Positions 63,339 through 64,000 of a stretch of 64,000 nucleotides of DNA are shown piece after piece (the stretch's first letter is position 1; each line of letters starts with the position of its first letter). Source of the DNA: an uncultured Dehalococcoidales bacterium (GTDB lineage: Bacteria > Chloroflexota > Dehalococcoidia > Dehalococcoidales > E44-bin46); assembly GCA_964627215.1 (NCBI GenBank), contig CAZVIZ010000002.1, forward strand, positions 612 through 64,611. The letters are read 5' to 3'. Under the pieces are notes generated by a model. It was not told the DNA's origin, ran no database searches, and worked only from the letters and a program-made list of their open reading frames with translations. The translations under genes and the position numbers were made by a program.

Positions 63339-64000
63339 AGTTTAAGCTCTCTCATCTTGGCGGCGGTGTTGCATGCCGTCATCAGAGCCTCTCCAACCAG
63401 CACTGCGTCCACGCCCCACCGTTTAAGTTTCTTCATATCCTCACGGTTGTTTATGCCGCTCTCGCTCACCCTGGTTCGGTCCTTGGGTATAAGGGGGAGG
63501 AGGCGGTGTGTGGTATCTATGTCTATGCGGAATGTCTGGAGGTCACGGTTGTTTACGCCGATGACCGCGGCGCCGCTGGCCACGGCGGTCTCTACCTCCG
63601 ACTCGTTATGCGTCTCCACCAGGCACTCCATGCCCAGCTCGCGGGCGAGCCTCAGGAGCTCCTCCAGCTCCTTCTGTCCCAGTATAGCTACGATGAGCAG
63701 CAGGGCATCGGCGCCGTATGCGCGGGACTCGTATACCTGGTAGGGGTCAAATATGAAGTCCTTGCGCAGCACCGGCACGGAGACCGCCCCTCTCACCTCC
63801 TCCAGGTGTGATAGGCTGCCCTTGAAGAACTTGGCTTCGGTGAGCACAGATATAGCCGAGGCGCCCCCTTGCTGGTATCGCTTGGCCAGGCCCGCCGGGT
63901 CCAGTTCGTTGGCTAAAAGCCCTCGTGACGGAGAAGCCTGTTTTATCTCGGCGATAATGCTAAGCTCCTCGTTTTTCAGGGCGGCGGCGAAGTCACGCGG
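63335..64000 (-). CDS. trpC: indole-3-glycerol phosphate synthase (N-terminus beyond window edge)
   Basis: The frame is open to the window end (..IIAEIKQASPSRG...VLTEAKFFKGS...LRKDFI...NNRDL). Confidence 0.9.
   Translation of the reverse strand, partial: PRDFAAALKNEELSIIAEIKQASPSRGLLANELDPAGLAKRYQQGGASAISVLTEAKFFKGSLSHLEEVRGAVSVPVLRKDFIFDPYQVYESRAYGADALLLIVAILGQKELEELLRLARELGMECLVETHNESEVETAVASGAAVIGVNNRDLQTFRIDIDTTHRLLPLIPKDRTRVSESGINNREDMKKLKRWGVDAVLVGEALMTACNTAAKMRELKL

Noticed and set aside
1-64000. CRISPR arrays, rRNA genes, prophage or IS elements
   Set aside because: No regularly spaced direct repeats, rRNA-like segments, or phage or transposase-like ORFs were seen anywhere in the window.

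Overview
About 64 kb of moderately high-GC bacterial chromosome from an anaerobe. Gene order and protein signatures fit a Chloroflexota/Dehalococcoidia-like or similar lineage, but the taxon cannot be determined from this window. No rRNA genes, CRISPR arrays, transposases or integrases are visible.

The window has three blocks:
1. 1-13.0 kb, housekeeping genes on the + strand: clpC (partial), a small biotinyl-domain protein, accC, radA, ispD, ispF, cysE, cysS, uvrC, a DRG-like GTPase and a zinc-ribbon protein. This block is interrupted at 5129-6448 by one visibly AT-rich gene of unknown family, whose C-terminus looks like a HEPN nuclease domain (R-x4-H).
2. 13.3-47.3 kb, a near-complete Wood-Ljungdahl (reductive acetyl-CoA) supercluster.
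   - The + strand carries a NuoE/NuoF-type formate dehydrogenase operon.
   - The converging - strand carries metF/metV, acsE, acsC, acsB, cooS, an embedded Fur-family regulator with a Fur-box-like palindrome, acsD, folD, two cooC genes, the corrinoid activator (RACo/AcsV) and fhs.
   - The - strand also carries two paralogous HdrA/MvhD/HdrC-type modules. One contains a 1487-aa HdrA-GltD-HdrA fusion. The other contains a second metV/metF pair and is headed by a cNMP-binding histidine kinase and a stand-alone receiver.
3. 47.4-64 kb: a LuxR-type two-component system, tRNA-Asp, rpsF-ssb-rpsR-rpmH-rnpA-yidD-(PQQ propeller lipoprotein)-yidC-jag, ileS, htrA, and a trp operon tail (trpC partial, trpF, trpB, trpA, trpB2).

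The most interesting candidates are the isolated low-GC HEPN-like gene (possible single-gene defence or abortive-infection module), the HdrB-less and hydrogenase-less Hdr/MvhD/MetFV modules with the giant NAD(P)H-module fusion, and the Fur-like regulator wired into the acs operon.
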